From Ramazzottius varieornatus (Eukaryota; Animalia; Tardigrada), in contig BDGG01000004.1 of assembly GCA_001949185.1 (NCBI GenBank), positions 2,605,086 to 2,669,085 of the forward strand: a stretch of 64,000 bases of DNA, written 5' to 3'. Shown here piece by piece: positions 29,652 to 43,200 of this stretch (positions are counted from its first letter, which is position 1; every line of letters begins with the position of its first letter). Below the pieces are notes generated by a model, which saw nothing but the letters and a program-made list of their open reading frames with translations, made no database searches and was not told the DNA's origin. The translations under genes and the position numbers were made by a program.

Positions 29652-30803
29652 GGAAACAAGGAAACCTCCACATTGAAGCCAATCGACCACGTTTGCTCCC
29701 TCTGACGTCAACGACAGTAACTGTACATAAACCATGGTTTGTGAGTATCCGCATGTCCGCCATTAAAATCACCCAGGTATGCGGGAATAGCCTTATTTCC
29801 TTATTAGTCTTCGAAATTACATTTTCGTAAAATTTTCCATTGCTTCGTTCGAACTGCCTTGAAAACATTCTTAGTCTCTTTGTCATATTTTTTCGATGAC
29901 CGCCGTCGTGAAATCTTCAGTACGTCTGGGAGTGTTCGCACTCTGCTTTCCCACCTTAGACGTTAGAGTACACTGCTATCTTTTGTTGCCCATCTTTTTC
30001 AACGGGTGTTTTTCCAGTTCCAGGCACACGTATGGCTTAGAAGGTCCCATAGATTTAACTCATTACTTCTAATACTGTGTTACACAGTACACCTTCATAG
30101 GGCGGCCATTAGGTAGCTGACGCGTGCGTGTGCGCCACCGGGAAGACTTTATCCCGCATTCTAATTAGTTCAATTAGGTGCTCCGGTACTGTTAGGGCTT
30201 CCTCTGACGAGGGTGGCTAGACCCTTGTTCCACTGCGGCCAGTGTTTGCGGTTCGGTGAATACTGTGCATAGCCCGACAACCAAAAGAGAGAACTTGCAC
30301 ACAGAGGAAGCATCAAAATGGTTGTCGCTATTGGATTCTCCGAACGTCATCTTTTGCGCAACCCGCAATAACTACTCCCAAGCGATATCTTCAGCCTCAC
30401 GTATGTAAAAGGACGTGATGCTTGACAGGTTTTCCGGTTGTCTGATTTACCTCGTAAACTCCTAGTTAACACGATAGCTCCTGACTTTTATGTTGCCTCT
30501 GAGACCATTACCATGCAAATCATTGGGTGTTGACTAGAGCGCTCTGTGCGCTGCTGTACTCAGGAGCTCTGATGTGCTTTTGGGAGCTGATCAGCTTCCA
30601 TAGGACAACCGCGTCAAGCGACCAAAGAAACCTTTGACGTCTTCGATTTTACTCGCGTCACACATCGGAAATTCAAACTCATATAGGACGAGTTTTGAGG
30701 CTTCCTTCTCCGGCTTCTCGTGTGATTGCATGTTCGCTGCGAAGAGGATCGTGCTTCTCCGTTTCACGGGATCATTTAGCCAGTCCGATCTTTTCCTCCA
30801 AAA

Positions 30804-31223
30804 ATGAATTCCAGACCTCTTCAGTTTTACTATCTGACTCTTGTTATATTGTTAGCACAGCTATTGTTGGGATATGGTTTCGAAGTGGACCGGAAGGACG
30901 ATTGCTTCATGGCGTGCAGTCTGGCGCCAAACGGGTTCAAATGCCGGACCTGTGCTTCTTCCCGAAAGAACCGTCTTCCGATGCGTTTCGGCAAACGAAA
31001 TAATCTAGCTACCCGGCTCGGCGACATCCGCCATATCAACGACATCATGGCGGAAACGGAGGAAAGAACAAACCGGAAAATCGGAAGCGGTTCCGACAAG
31101 CGAACAGCATCACCTTTACTATGGGCGTACCAAACGCTGCCCTCTGATACGCTTGAATATCGATCAGCGATTCCTGGACAAGATAAAAAAGACCTCACCG
31201 TATTCCCCGATATGTATTTTTGA
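30804..31223 (+). CDS. Four-Cys RFamide (CCRFamide-like) neuropeptide precursor
   Basis: Hydrophobic signal peptide; RK-DDCFMACSLAPNGFKCRTCASSRKNRLPMRF-GKR amidation/cleavage site; single coding exon; AATAAA at ~31280. Confidence 0.8.
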   Translation: MNSRPLQFYYLTLVILLAQLLLGYGFEVDRKDDCFMACSLAPNGFKCRTCASSRKNRLPMRFGKRNNLATRLGDIRHINDIMAETEERTNRKIGSGSDKRTASPLLWAYQTLPSDTLEYRSAIPGQDKKDLTVFPDMYF

Positions 31224-31353
31224 GTTTTGACGTAAAATAGTACTTGTTTCTCATTACAGTATCATAATCGCATCACGTTGAATAAAATTCATCCGGAGGA
31301 TTTCAGAACTACCGAAATACTGGGAAGACTATAATAATAACGCATTGTGTTGA

Positions 31354-31777
31354 GAGTGGATTTGACCAAGCTATGTTCGGACCAATTGGCCAATTTTTGA
31401 TTGACCTTTTGATCAATAATAACGTGGGAGATTTGGACCATTGGTCAAATTATGCCGGAAAATTTTGACCATCGGCCAATCAGTTTGACCAAAAGGTCGA
31501 TCATAACCCGCCCCAGCCAGTTTGCGGTTCCCGCTGAATCCAAAAACAGTTCGCCGAAAAGTCAAAAGTTTCCAGATTTTTTCAGCGTAAAATAAGCGTA
31601 AAATTAAAGCACGCTCAGTTTACGCTCCGATAACTTCACAGAGACGGCGTAAACGCAGCGTTTAACTCAAGACAAAAACGTCGTCTGCGAACCCAGCGGG
31701 AAATTGTGGCGACCCGTGATTTTTTTGGGACGAGAAATTGGCTAATTGGTCCGACCAAAGCTTGGTCAAATCCCCTC
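31354..31777. mobile_element. MITE (~425 bp)
   Basis: About 43-bp imperfect TIRs GAGTGGATTTGACCAAGCTATGTTCGGACCAATTGGCCAATTT / AAATTGGCTAATTGGTCCGACCAAAGCTTGGTCAAATCCCCTC; internal TTGACC repeats; flanks TGA/TAA. Confidence 0.8.
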
Positions 31778-31937
31778 TAACTGTGCCAACTATTGAATAA
31801 ATGCTGGTTTCAGTAGCGTAGCTTAGGGTTCAAAGGTCTCCAGGACTCTTATATGTATTGGTCTACGTTTGCCAGTTTTACGGTTCTCATAACAAACATG
31901 AAAATCCGTATGCTCATCAGATAGTTCTTTTATGTAA

Positions 31938-32436
31938 TTAAGGACTCGCTCTTTTGCCTGGGCTGCCTCGGCCCTGCGCAAATTTTCTCCTCAAAGCGGC
32001 CTGCGCAGCGTCCTGAAACGTTAAAATGGTAACGCGCAAACATAAATTCAAGAACAGATGATTCTCCCCTACCCGGTAGTCACAGTCGTGCGACATTCCG
32101 AGATTATATCTACAGGTTCGTTTCCTGCAAAAAACCGAAACAGTGAGCAAGGCTCCCGAAGATGAGGGCAATGGGTCTTCAGGGATTTACTACTTACCCT
32201 TGTAAGCTGGGCATCTCCATGTTATACTGTCCTGAGCTCGGTCTCTTCCGGGGTTGCTGCAGTAGATGTAAGCTCTTCCACCTCGCGAACAGTGGGCTTT
32301 CAGGGAGAACGACAGACGCACTCCGATCGCCTCTACCAGCGCTCCCACGGGGAACCGGAGCGCCATCTGAGCCCAGCAACATAAAAATAACGGCAAAGAC
32401 AATGCCAAAAATTCGGGACAGGAAGGTGGAATTCAT
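31938..32436 (-). CDS. Calcitonin-like neuropeptide precursor (two-Cys type), 3 coding exons
   Basis: Signal peptide MNSTFLSRIFGIVFAVIFMLLGSDG; KR-TCRYNLGMSHDCDYR|DAAQAALRRKFAQGRGSP-GKR, i.e. an N-terminal Cys ring and C-terminal Pro-amide as in arthropod calcitonins. Confidence 0.85.
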
Positions 32437-33072
32437 CCCGCATGGAAAATTTCAATTTGGTTCTGCCGACGGATTCGAGAGGAAGGCTATGTGAACTGAA
32501 TCCGAATAAATTTAGAAGACACCATGAACCCTTTTGTTGCCAGCAAATATATGGCTGTGAGCCTATTCCGCCTAGCGAACCTACTCCAGAAGTGCATGGT
32601 CAGCAAACCCTTTCATGATCTAATGGCTCGTACCGGATATCTTCCAAGTATGCCTGTCGCACGGTATCCCTCGAAGACCTTCCCGACGCCTAATGTTTGC
32701 CATTATTGTTCTCTTCGGGGATGAAGTGCCTTTACAGCATACCTCTCCAGTTCGGCCGGACAATAGCCATCAGACCAAGGAAGGCGAGGTCCTGGCAGGA
32801 ACCCGCCTTACGGATGTCACTTCATCCTTGGGTTGCATCTGGCGCTGTCTTGTCTCTGACGTGCCAGTAACGCCGAGAGGGCGAACTGTTTAATAACCTA
32901 GAAAAGACCATGAGTGATAGTGACTCGTTACACGGCGGCTACGTATTTATTATTCGAGCCTATTATTAATACTACGAAAAATCTACGGGAATGAATGCCG
33001 ATAAAAAACATGAATGCCGATGAGAGAAGAGAGCGGATATCTAAAAATCCAGAAAATGTTGAAAAAGATCGC

Positions 33073-33688
33073 CTAGGCTCGTTTACTTTGCCTCAAAGCG
33101 GTGTAAGTATCGGGCATAGCGATGCTCTGGCTATTCCTTCCCCGAGTGGTAACTAGCGCACCTGCATTCGGGATAACATTCCACTGGAGGAAAAGAGTAA
33201 CGTTGGGGTTAGCCTTCAAAGCTTTACTATCGTCCAGAAAGCGATACTCTTGAGCAAACTTTTTCTGGTTGATCTTGGCGGGCTGCCCACGCTGTATAAT
33301 GCGGTCCCATAGGACGATCTGGTTGAAAGAGTTGGGTGTGTTGGGAGTAACGTACTCAGCGATAAGATACACGAACAGCTCTTTGGCGTTCCAGTCGAAG
33401 AGCGGAGTCAGGTCCACTTCCAGGTCTCCCGTTATGATAGCCTCCTCCACCTCACCTAATCCATTGACATAAGCCACATTGACACGTCCTGTCAGGTCGC
33501 GCACTCGGACGTCCGTCGAGTAATCCTTGAATGCAGTCGTCAGGAAACACAGAAATGTCAAACCTGCAAACGCAAGTAGCTAACATTTGCAGGCATACTT
33601 GCAGTGGTTGCTTATAGCGGTTCTTACCTGCGAGAACGGTGAAAGAGAAGGCCAGAACGGCATTTAGCCGAGCTAAAATGTTATGCAT
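33073..33688 (-). CDS. SPCS3: Signal peptidase complex subunit 3 (SPC22/23), 2 exons
   Basis: MHNILARLNAVLAF, DLTPLFDWNAKELFVYLIAEY, NQIVLWDRII, LQWNVIPNAG. Confidence 0.95.
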
Positions 33689-33689
33689 G

Positions 33690-34506
33690 TCTGTAAGTCC
33701 AGGAAGCACGAACGCCAATCAGTATTCTTCTGGCCGAGATCCCGCTGTATCCGTGTCGACGCTAAAAAACTGCAGAATCCAGATGTGGATGATGAATTCG
33801 TCGGTAAACAAACAACTCTCCGGCAGAAAAACTTGGAGAGAAGTCAGAGAACCAAACCTTTTCAAAACTTTGTTGACTCAGACCGTCAGAGTCAGACTAT
33901 TGAATTTTAGTTCAAATGAAAAGATACAAGAAGGATTGCGATACCACCAGACTGTGACGTACAGAGCTCGGATTTGTGGCCCATTGGCTCAACCCTACGT
34001 GCGGAAAACAGAGTTTAGAGTTGATTGACTTGATTCTTGATCAGAGGTGGATAGATTGAAGAAGAATTGATTAGTTATGACTGAGAGCTTCATCAGTACT
34101 TCCGGTGACTTCCGGTCAGCACCATCATATCTACAGTAGCACTCTTGGTAAACGGCCAACGGGAATCAGGGGATCGGGGTTACGCCATTATTGTCATGCG
34201 GGAGAGGTTGTAAGGAGGATCGGAGCAGACGCTGGAAGGAGGATCGGGTACAAGAGGCACACAAACTACAAAGCGCACTGACATCCCGGATCAAAAGTCC
34301 TCCTCGTTTAATCTGGGCAGGATCTAGTGTCCGCCATCTAGGTTGTGATGGTAATACGCTTACACCCATCATACCGTCCCGCATTCGCTGAGGCCTTCAA
34401 GTTGCATCCTGTATGGATTGTCTGTTGTAATTATCGCTATACGGATACTCTACGAATTCCCAAGAGCAAGAGCTTTCGAGAACTATTCCTCTAAGGCCAA
34501 TCCGGC
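33690..34506. promoter_or_regulatory. Divergent SPCS3/FAR intergenic promoter region with tandem ETS-like motifs
   Basis: Head-to-head genes; ACTTCCGGT twice at ~34098-34116. Confidence 0.4.
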
Positions 34507-36873
34507 ATGTCGAACCTCCGAGACTATTACAGAGGGAAGTCGGTATTTATTACCGGCGGAACGGGCTTCATGGTATGCTTGTTATACTATACTGTGTAAT
34601 TGCGCTTGTAACGACTCGAAACAAGTTTCTGATTTCAGGGTAAGGTTCTGGTCCAGAGGCTCCTAACATGCTTTCCCGAAATCGACAGAATCTACGTCCA
34701 TATTCGACCCAGCCACAAGCACGGCAGTGCGCAGAACCGTCTCGCTGCAATATTGCGAACTGCGGTAAGGCATGATATGCAAGCAAACAGCAAACTGAAA
34801 TGGATTGCATCGTAATACTCGAGTAAATAATAACTGTTTTCATACGGCTCACTTGAATGTTGGTTTCAGGCCTTCGAAACTGTAAGCAAGGCGGACAAAA
34901 ATCAGCACGTCAAAATCATTGCGATGTCCGGGGACATCCTCCAGCCGAATCTGGGACTGAGCTCCGAAGACACGGAAATACTAATCGAGAAAGTTTCTGT
35001 AATCTTCCACACAGCAGCCACCGTCAAGTTCGACGAAGCTCTGAAGTACGCAAGCTCATGAAGTTCCGAACTATAGAGCAAACAGTAAAATAATAGTCTT
35101 CGTCATAGAACAGCAGTGGATGTGAACGTCAGTGGGACCCGCAAGCTTCTGATGCTGTGTCGTCAGATGAAACGCCTGGAAGCCTTCATCCATGTGAGTA
35201 CAGCCTACGCGAACTGCAATCGAATGGACATCTCCGAGGAAGTGTACCCTTCCCCGGTTCCTTGTGACAAGCTCATTGAGGCCCTCGAGTGCGTACGTCA
35301 GAACTGTATCTTTCAGCGAACAACTTTTTCACACAGCTTTCATAAAAATGTTCACATCGTTTCCGTTGTTTCTAGGTGGATGAATGAGGCTTCAGTGAAA
35401 GCTATAACGGCCCAGCTCATACCGCCATGGCCGAACACTTATACCTACGCGAAAGCCCTGGCAGAATCAGCCATCGTATCAGCCTGGGAGGAAAGTCCCA
35501 CTTTCCATGTGGGCATAGTTCGGCCGTCTATTGTAGGGGCTGCTGTTGAACATCCCCATCCAGGTAGTGTACTTCATCGTTTGATCGGTCCTATGAAGAG
35601 CTTTCAGTGTCTCAACCTTTGACACCATGGCTTCTGCACAGGCTATATCGACAACTACAATGGTCCCAGCGGACTTTTAGCTGCAGTAAGTTCGTGAACC
35701 ACGTATCGACTGAGTGTGCTGGAGGAAGAGGCTTGGTTTTTCAGATAGGCAAAGGTGCATTGCGGACCATGCTGGGTGACAGGAATGCCATTGCGGATAT
35801 CGTTCCTGTTGACTATGCGGTAGACGTTCTAATAGCAACTCCGTGGCACCTCGAATCAACAAAGTATCAAGCGCAGTGGTTTTTTTTCTGGTTCCCCCGA
35901 ACGGCGTGTTGTTAGTTGCGTTTCTTTCTGTAGGGCTTCGAAGCCCTGGGTGTATAACTTCACTTCCGGTGGAATCAACCCTATGACATGGGGATATGTC
36001 CAAGACAGCACGCTGGTTAATTTTGCCAAAAATCCGGTGGACAATGTGTACCGCATACCTTCCGCCAGGTTTACGCAAAACTGGTATGTCTTTCTTGGGT
36101 TCCCTTGCCTCAACAGAACTTGAGTGTTTTCTGCGCCGCGCTTGATCCATCTGTTTACTGATATTCTGGATATAGGCTGGCATTCCATCTATGGCGAACC
36201 ATTGACCACATGTTGCCAGCCTACCTCATAGATACCGTTCTGCGGATACAGGGGAAGAAACCAACGTAAGGGGCCTAACTGGAAATCTTCGCGGACCTTT
36301 TCTTACCTTGATCTTCAACGGTATGGAATTTACAGAGCTGTGGCGGGCTATGCGAAGCTTCATAGAGCTCTCCGCAGCCTTGATTATTTTACGCAGAACA
36401 GCTGGAACTTCCGGAACGATAACGTTAAGCTTTTGTGGGAGTCCTTGTCGATAGAAGATCAGAAAGTAAGTCATGTTCTTAATGGTGCTGGAATTTGGTT
36501 TTTTTTTCGGGCCAAAACTAGAAACTTGATCTCGATGTGCGCATTGGAGTAATGATGGGTGATTTGTTTTCAGGTGCTTTCGTTCGACCTGAGTCAACTT
36601 TCCTGGCAAGACTACATGGAGAAGTTTTGCCTTGGAATCAAAGTCTTCCTTCTACGAGAAAGTCTCGACAACCTACCTCAGGCTCGAAAAGCTGTAGCTC
36701 GACAGACGAAGAAAACAAGAGTCGTGCTGTGTGTTCTCTTTTTACTGTTGACTACGGTTCTATGCAAAAGCTTCAGGTTGGTTCGTCGCTCCTGGTTAGT
36801 GGCCTTTTCGACGGTAATCCGTCTGATGTTGCTACTTTCGCGCATTTTGAAACAGTCTTCCATACTTCCATGA
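34507..36873 (+). CDS. Fatty acyl-CoA reductase (FAR), multi-exon
   Basis: FITGGTGFMGKVL, HTAATVKFDE, HVSTAYAN, PNTYTYAKALAE, IVRPSIV, DIVPVD, C-terminal hydrophobic segment. Confidence 0.93.
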
Positions 36874-37211
36874 GTGTCCGTTTTCCGTCAGTGTCGTCCT
36901 GTTTTGACTGTGATTTGCTTGTCTGCTGCTATTATTTCTGAGAGCTTTTTTTTCTAAAATTTGCCTGGACCAAGTGGCAAGTGCAAGACTACCGGTGCTC
37001 CAGTCTGATTTTGCTGAACTTTTGATCTGACTTATTTCAATGGTCTTTGGCTTCATGTTGATTCACCGGTGCACCAAACTAAAATTAACTAGCTAGAAGT
37101 CTGAAGGTCAGAATCGCGAAATAAATCTTTCCAGCTTACAGCACACATCGGAGCTCAACTAAGAAAACAGGGTAGCCATAAAGCTTTTCAGAAGCCATTT
37201 AGTCTGGCTGT

Positions 37212-40200
37212 TCAGTGGGCGAACCCGTTAGTATACTGGTGAAACTGGTTAGCATCCACGATGACGCTGGTCTGCCGCAGATCGTTAGTGATGGGAGATT
37301 GTGTCATCAGGAATGGACTCGTGGCCAAATCTGCAGATAGAAGGTTCTCGCGAGTGCTGGTCATTTCACCGGTCAGGCAGTTCCGGTAGTCTTGAGGATA
37401 GATGCTGCCTGTTGAGCGGAAGGTGCTGTACCAGCTGAACTCTTTGCCTTCGCAGTCGTCATTGTCCTCCTTGTGTTGGCCAGCTTCCGAATGGCCGTTG
37501 CTTGGAACAGCGCAGGAGGACGGCATCCAGCTTATCTTTCGCTCGTGTTGAGGGTCATGAGAATGTGCTGCAACTGGTTCAGGTGCCGAATGATAACTGA
37601 GAATCAAATGCTCGGCAGAGGGAAAGCGTGGAAATGAGGTGGTGTGGAGGTCCTTGACGCCACTGTGATACGTTCTTCCGTATGAGATACTACCAGGATT
37701 GTCATTTTCCATGCCTGATTCATCTGTGAGGTTTCCGCTACAGGACGAAGAACTTTGGCGAGAGGATGGAGAGCTCGCTCGAGCATCAGGGTCTGCGCTA
37801 AACGACGGCATGGAGTGTCCGAACTCGTTTCTCGATGCGTTGTTGAGGAAGTCAATATCGCGATCGGTCAGCTGCGAAGCGCCACCTGGTTTCGAGCTTC
37901 GTGGGTAGACTGAATGGTAAGGCTGATGGACTGCGCCAGGTGGAGAGGACTCGCAGACGTTTTCGTAGGTCGAATTCATTACCATACTTTGATCGACAAC
38001 GTCAACGCTTCCGTTTGAAGTAGCGTGATTGTAAGGGGAATGCCGGTACTTGGGTGTGCGCTGAGTACGGGTTACTCGGGGAGGAGTGTTTGCCGCGGAA
38101 AGCGGGGACCCGGAAGTCCCCATAGTTGACACTTGCTCCAGGTTGAGGATGCAGCTTTTCGCTTCGGTCTCGCTGGAAAAACAAGTACAGTTGAGCGCAC
38201 ATTTCAATATACCGAGTTTACCATGTCAACCAACAGAGTGGCAGCCAGAAACAAAAGATTGACACTTGTTTGAACAGAAGATCTCCCTTCGAATCCTAAG
38301 ATTAAGGATGAATTTTTTATCGGTGAAGAACCATTTCGAGCAGATTTAATTGATGGACACAATCAGTGAATTTCACTGACCTCAAAACATAGTTCAAACT
38401 AACGATACAGTTCTGCCGCGAAGAAGTGTTTCGAGCATTGTGGACAATCGTTGAAAGGCTCTGCATCCAGATCCAGCCGCCATCTTTCGTCAGAAACCGG
38501 AAGTACTTTGTAGTAACTTGGCCTTTCAGTAGTACTGCGGTACAAAAGGTATCCTGAATTACTGTTCGTCTCCTTCGTTCAAAAGAACCGTTAGGTTGCA
38601 AACTTTCACTTACGCTGCTGATGAGCATACCGCAGGTTGATCAAGTCGCTCGCATGGCAGAAATGGTAAAGGTTCCTGTCTATTATGTCCGGAGGATCAT
38701 ATCCGGTCAGAGCGGTTATCCTGCTAAAACCATCACTGAAAACCATGGTAGGACGTTGTCTCATTCTTCGTTCAGAAATCATTCTACTTAAATTTACCTT
38801 GCATCACAGAAAATGAACTTGAAGTCCAACGTTGCCCGCCACATGAAGTGGCTAGGGTGCATCTTGATTTCGGTAATGGCTGTTGATGGTAGACTGTGTC
38901 CGATGGCCACCAGTCCCTAACGAGAAAAACATCGGTGACATGTAGTGACTCCAAATGATGCACAAATTCCTGCATTAATGTCTTGGCGGCTCGATATCAT
39001 ATGCATACCACATTTTGATAACCGATGGATCCGTCGGCAAAAGGTGTCAAATCCATTGCCATTGTAAAGTGCTTTATCTTCAGATAACCGCTACAGTGAA
39101 TCGTCTATAAATAGAAAAGCAGGCAAGCTGAAATCACTTGACCATCATCAAAAAGTCGAATCGATGCTACATGGATTCGAGAGGTCCTTTCAAATGCTGC
39201 CATTCGACAGTCTTACGAGGTTGAAACACTGTAAAATATTGCCTGACCGAGAAAGCCTAGAATAAAGTACTTTGTAGCCCCCCGACGTAAGCCCGGCATT
39301 TCGTTTGGGCAGGACGCACTTCATTCTCACGAAGAAGGCCTTTTCCGCTTCAAAATCTGCAAAACAGTATGATGGGATCAGCTCCAGAGAAACCTTTCGC
39401 CAACCTGCATACACCGAGCCGTACACTCAGTATGGTGCGACAGTATGCATGTAAGGCATTCTAGTTGCCGATATCTCCGTTGTCGGATCGAGGAAACAGA
39501 TTGTTTACCTGCCGGTGGCTGGCTTTGGAATGTGGGAGCAGGAGGAAACGGGTGGATATTGAGGACACCGTTCATTTCGTCATGGTCTGCGGGATGGATG
39601 TACTCGTAAATGCTGTTGCCGGTCATTTCAACCTGAATAACAAGAACCATCCATATCGCTACAAAATCGATTTCCACGATGAAGAGAAAGGGAGGAAGAC
39701 GATGGCTAATGGTCAACAAACTGGGCTAGCTCTCACGTTAGAAAGTCCCAAGAAAACGGACGCTCCTTCACTTATATACATGATCTTCCCATCGGGAGCG
39801 ACGACAAAAACGAAGCCTTCCAAACCCTAAAAATTACATCATCAGTTAGTCAGATTAGTGACTGGAAAAAACGGTGGATTATCATGACGGCAATCGGTAG
39901 TGCCACTTTGGACTAAGCTCACCTGGAGCAAGTAATTGGCCAAATCACGAGCGTATGGATTGCAGATGTTTTGGTATCGGTCGCTTGCAGACGAATGTCC
40001 CCAGGCTTCTCCCAGTCCTACGGAAACGAAATAGTAGGTACGCGTCATGATGCACTTCCAATCTAACCAGGAGAATATTTGTTACATGAAAGTTTCATCA
40101 TGGTAATTAAATCTGAAATTTTGCCTTGGGCGAGGCCAGCTGGGAACCTACAATGACCTCCCTAGTACTGCAAATCCCATCCGACTTTTCTAACAGCGGA

Positions 40201-43200
40201 GCCAGTTTCCTTTTCTCGGTACTACATCCTGATAAAGTTTGCGGCCCATCCTGCGTCGAAGGCAGTAAGTGTATCGTTTTTTTCTCTTTTGTAGTTTTAT
40301 GTTGAACAAAAAACAAGATTATCGGCGGAGCCTTTGCTTAACAGTTGCCGCCAGAGAGCGCTTGGAGCTACATGGAAACCGCGCAAAGCCGATGAAAGCC
40401 CGACTAGATAAATATATCATGATATTGTACAAAAGGTGGTGTACATGCTACCAGGTTGACAATAGGACATCGGCTGTACTTTGCCGAATTCAATCGGTCA
40501 ACGGCGTACGGGAATTGAGTCGCATGGAGCTAATTGCAAAACCAACCTCCATATCGTCAGCTGCATATCAATATGGCCAGCACTAAGAGAATATTCCTTC
40601 GCTACGGTCTTTGGTCAATATTTGTCTGGCGAGCACACAAAAGGTGCAATGCAAAAAGTCAGTATTGAAATGTCAATAAACTGGAAATCAATCTCAGGTG
40701 GAAGCCGAACAGATATCTGGCTTGTCTGTCCTCAGCCTCTGATGGCGCTGAAGCACTTCACACCATTTTAAATGAATTCAAAATGACGGTCGATCTATGT
40801 ACATTTTCACAACTTCGATCTGACTTTGCGCGTCAGGCTGAGGAACCATTCAGCTCTTTGCTTAACGGCGATATGTTGCCCATCATAGCGTCTGACTTTC
40901 TATCGACCGGACAAGCGCCCTCGTTTTGGGACAGCAAACAGTGTCGATAGCTACAGGCATACTTTTGCATTAAATGCTTCTGCTAGTCTGGTAGCTGCCT
41001 CGGCACACAGAAGCTTCACTAAACGGTGTTTGTTCCGACGGCCGCTTATTCTTCCTCGACATACGTAAAGTTCTTCTGTTCCAGATTTTGCTCACTACAT
41101 CATCCAGAAAAAAAATTAACCTCATGAAATTTACCGGAATCTACGGCGACCACGCCCATTCGTAATATGAAGCGGATATGTTTAAATGGAAATTAGTATG
41201 GGGCAAACATGGTCCTTCGATTTTCTGTACAACATCAATGAAATTTGAAGGTGAGATAAGAATATTCGTCAGGAGTTCACACGTCGAACTGTGTGAAATT
41301 TCGCTGTTACGGCACTGCGTATAATACTTCTGGGGGGTTTGAAAGTAAGAAGAGAAGGCACACTTCATCCCAGCAAGGAAACTTCATTTCCCTTCCCACA
41401 GCTTAGGTCAAGATGGAGACATATCGGATTCCACCTCCATGCTTTTCACTTCTCATTGACAAAATCTAGACGGGTATTAACACTCATATTTTAAAACTAG
41501 CAGTCGACTCTGGTGCTGTTGAGCCTGTTATGGCAAGTAATTAAATCCCTCCCGTGCATGTCACCTACTCCTCTTCCAAATATTATCCCAAACTCAAAAC
41601 TGACACTTCTGACTACAATACGAAACCCAAGCTGATTTCTTCAACTTCAAAAACCCAGACAACTTAAGAAGTCCTGCTACCTTGGTTCGAGTACCCGAAG
41701 CATTTTCTTTTAAGCGCAAGCTTTTTCTCACGAGACAGTCCAATCAACGATTCAACTTCCGTGGTGTACTGGATACTATAAGTATTTCCTACAGCTTGTC
41801 TGCATGAGCAAGCTTTCCAGATGTTCGGTATTACAACATACAAAACAGTTTATCAAAATGGTTCTTGGCAAGCCCAGGTACCTAGATTGCATGGAGCCAA
41901 GTCAGCCAACCGGAAATGGTATGAGCAACCGAGACAATCAGCAACCCTATCCGGTGCAGCATCAAGACTCATTTTTTAAGTATCGGCAACCTTTCGATAT
42001 GGCGTATCCAACGTGTCGCACACTTGATCATGCGTATCGCCGAACACTTTTTACATGGCGGAAATACAGCTGCAGTGCACTTTTTATCTACCTTTCGGGC
42101 TATCAAGGCTGCCATATATAGCGAGAACTCGGAGCTTGGTTTCTCGCTATAAAAGACCTAAGTGCGATTTGATGACATGTTACGATTGACAGGCTACTCT
42201 TCGTGGAAAGGTTTAGTCTAGCCACCATAACTGTTTTCGGCCGGACAGACAGATAAGACTAGTTCTTTCTGGGACAGTAATTCACAAAAAGGGATAACGC
42301 GCGATGGGACAATCGCGCTAGCGGCCTTTCCTGGCGAGCTTTTCAGTCAGACATGAACTCGCTCTGACTGGAATCACCACAGGAGCCCGAGGTGCAAACA
42401 GGATCCGACTTTCCGAATCACTGAATGGGAAGATACAGACTCAAACTCTGACAGTTGTAATTGGAAATAACCTAGTCAAAGCCATTAACCCCACACAAGA
42501 GCATATCAAAGTATCACTCGAATTTAAAGCCACGACACGTAGAAATTTAACACTAAAAAAACAATTTTCGTGACATTTTTCCGCAAAATGAGATGAGGCC
42601 AATTTGAGGTAGTTTCGGACAAGGAAGTCGAAAGCATATTTACGAAAATTTAGCATGCCACTTAGGACGGAATTCGGAAAACCACTAGGTTGTCGAGAAA
42701 CTAGTTTTCCGAAAGGTGGGGTCAACCCGGCGCGACCTGCGGATGCTCTTAATTGCTGACATGAAAAATTCATGTTAATATCTCACGTTTGAGTGAAGAT
42801 GACGCGCGGATTGCGCTGATTAATGAGGCTAATAGGAATTGACGAGATATTAACGAGAGGGTACCGTGGCAGGTTGGACAGGCACTTGTCACGAGACTCC
42901 TGGAGAGTCGGGCTTTTGTTCGCCGTGGCCGCTTGATGAGGAAGGCGATTCAGAGGCACTAGTATGCCCCATCGACATGGTCACAATTGCAGCAGACACT
43001 AATTGCTTGAAATAATCATTATTCCACACTTCGACTTGATCAACACATTCAAAGCACTTTGTCAATATATTCTCAGTTCATTTCTCAAGGACCATACCGT
43101 GATGTTTTTACCAACAAAAAGGGTGAACGACTGCTGACCCTTGTTTCGTTCCGAACATTATGGACCATCATGCTCAACGTACCACCAGCACACTTTACAC

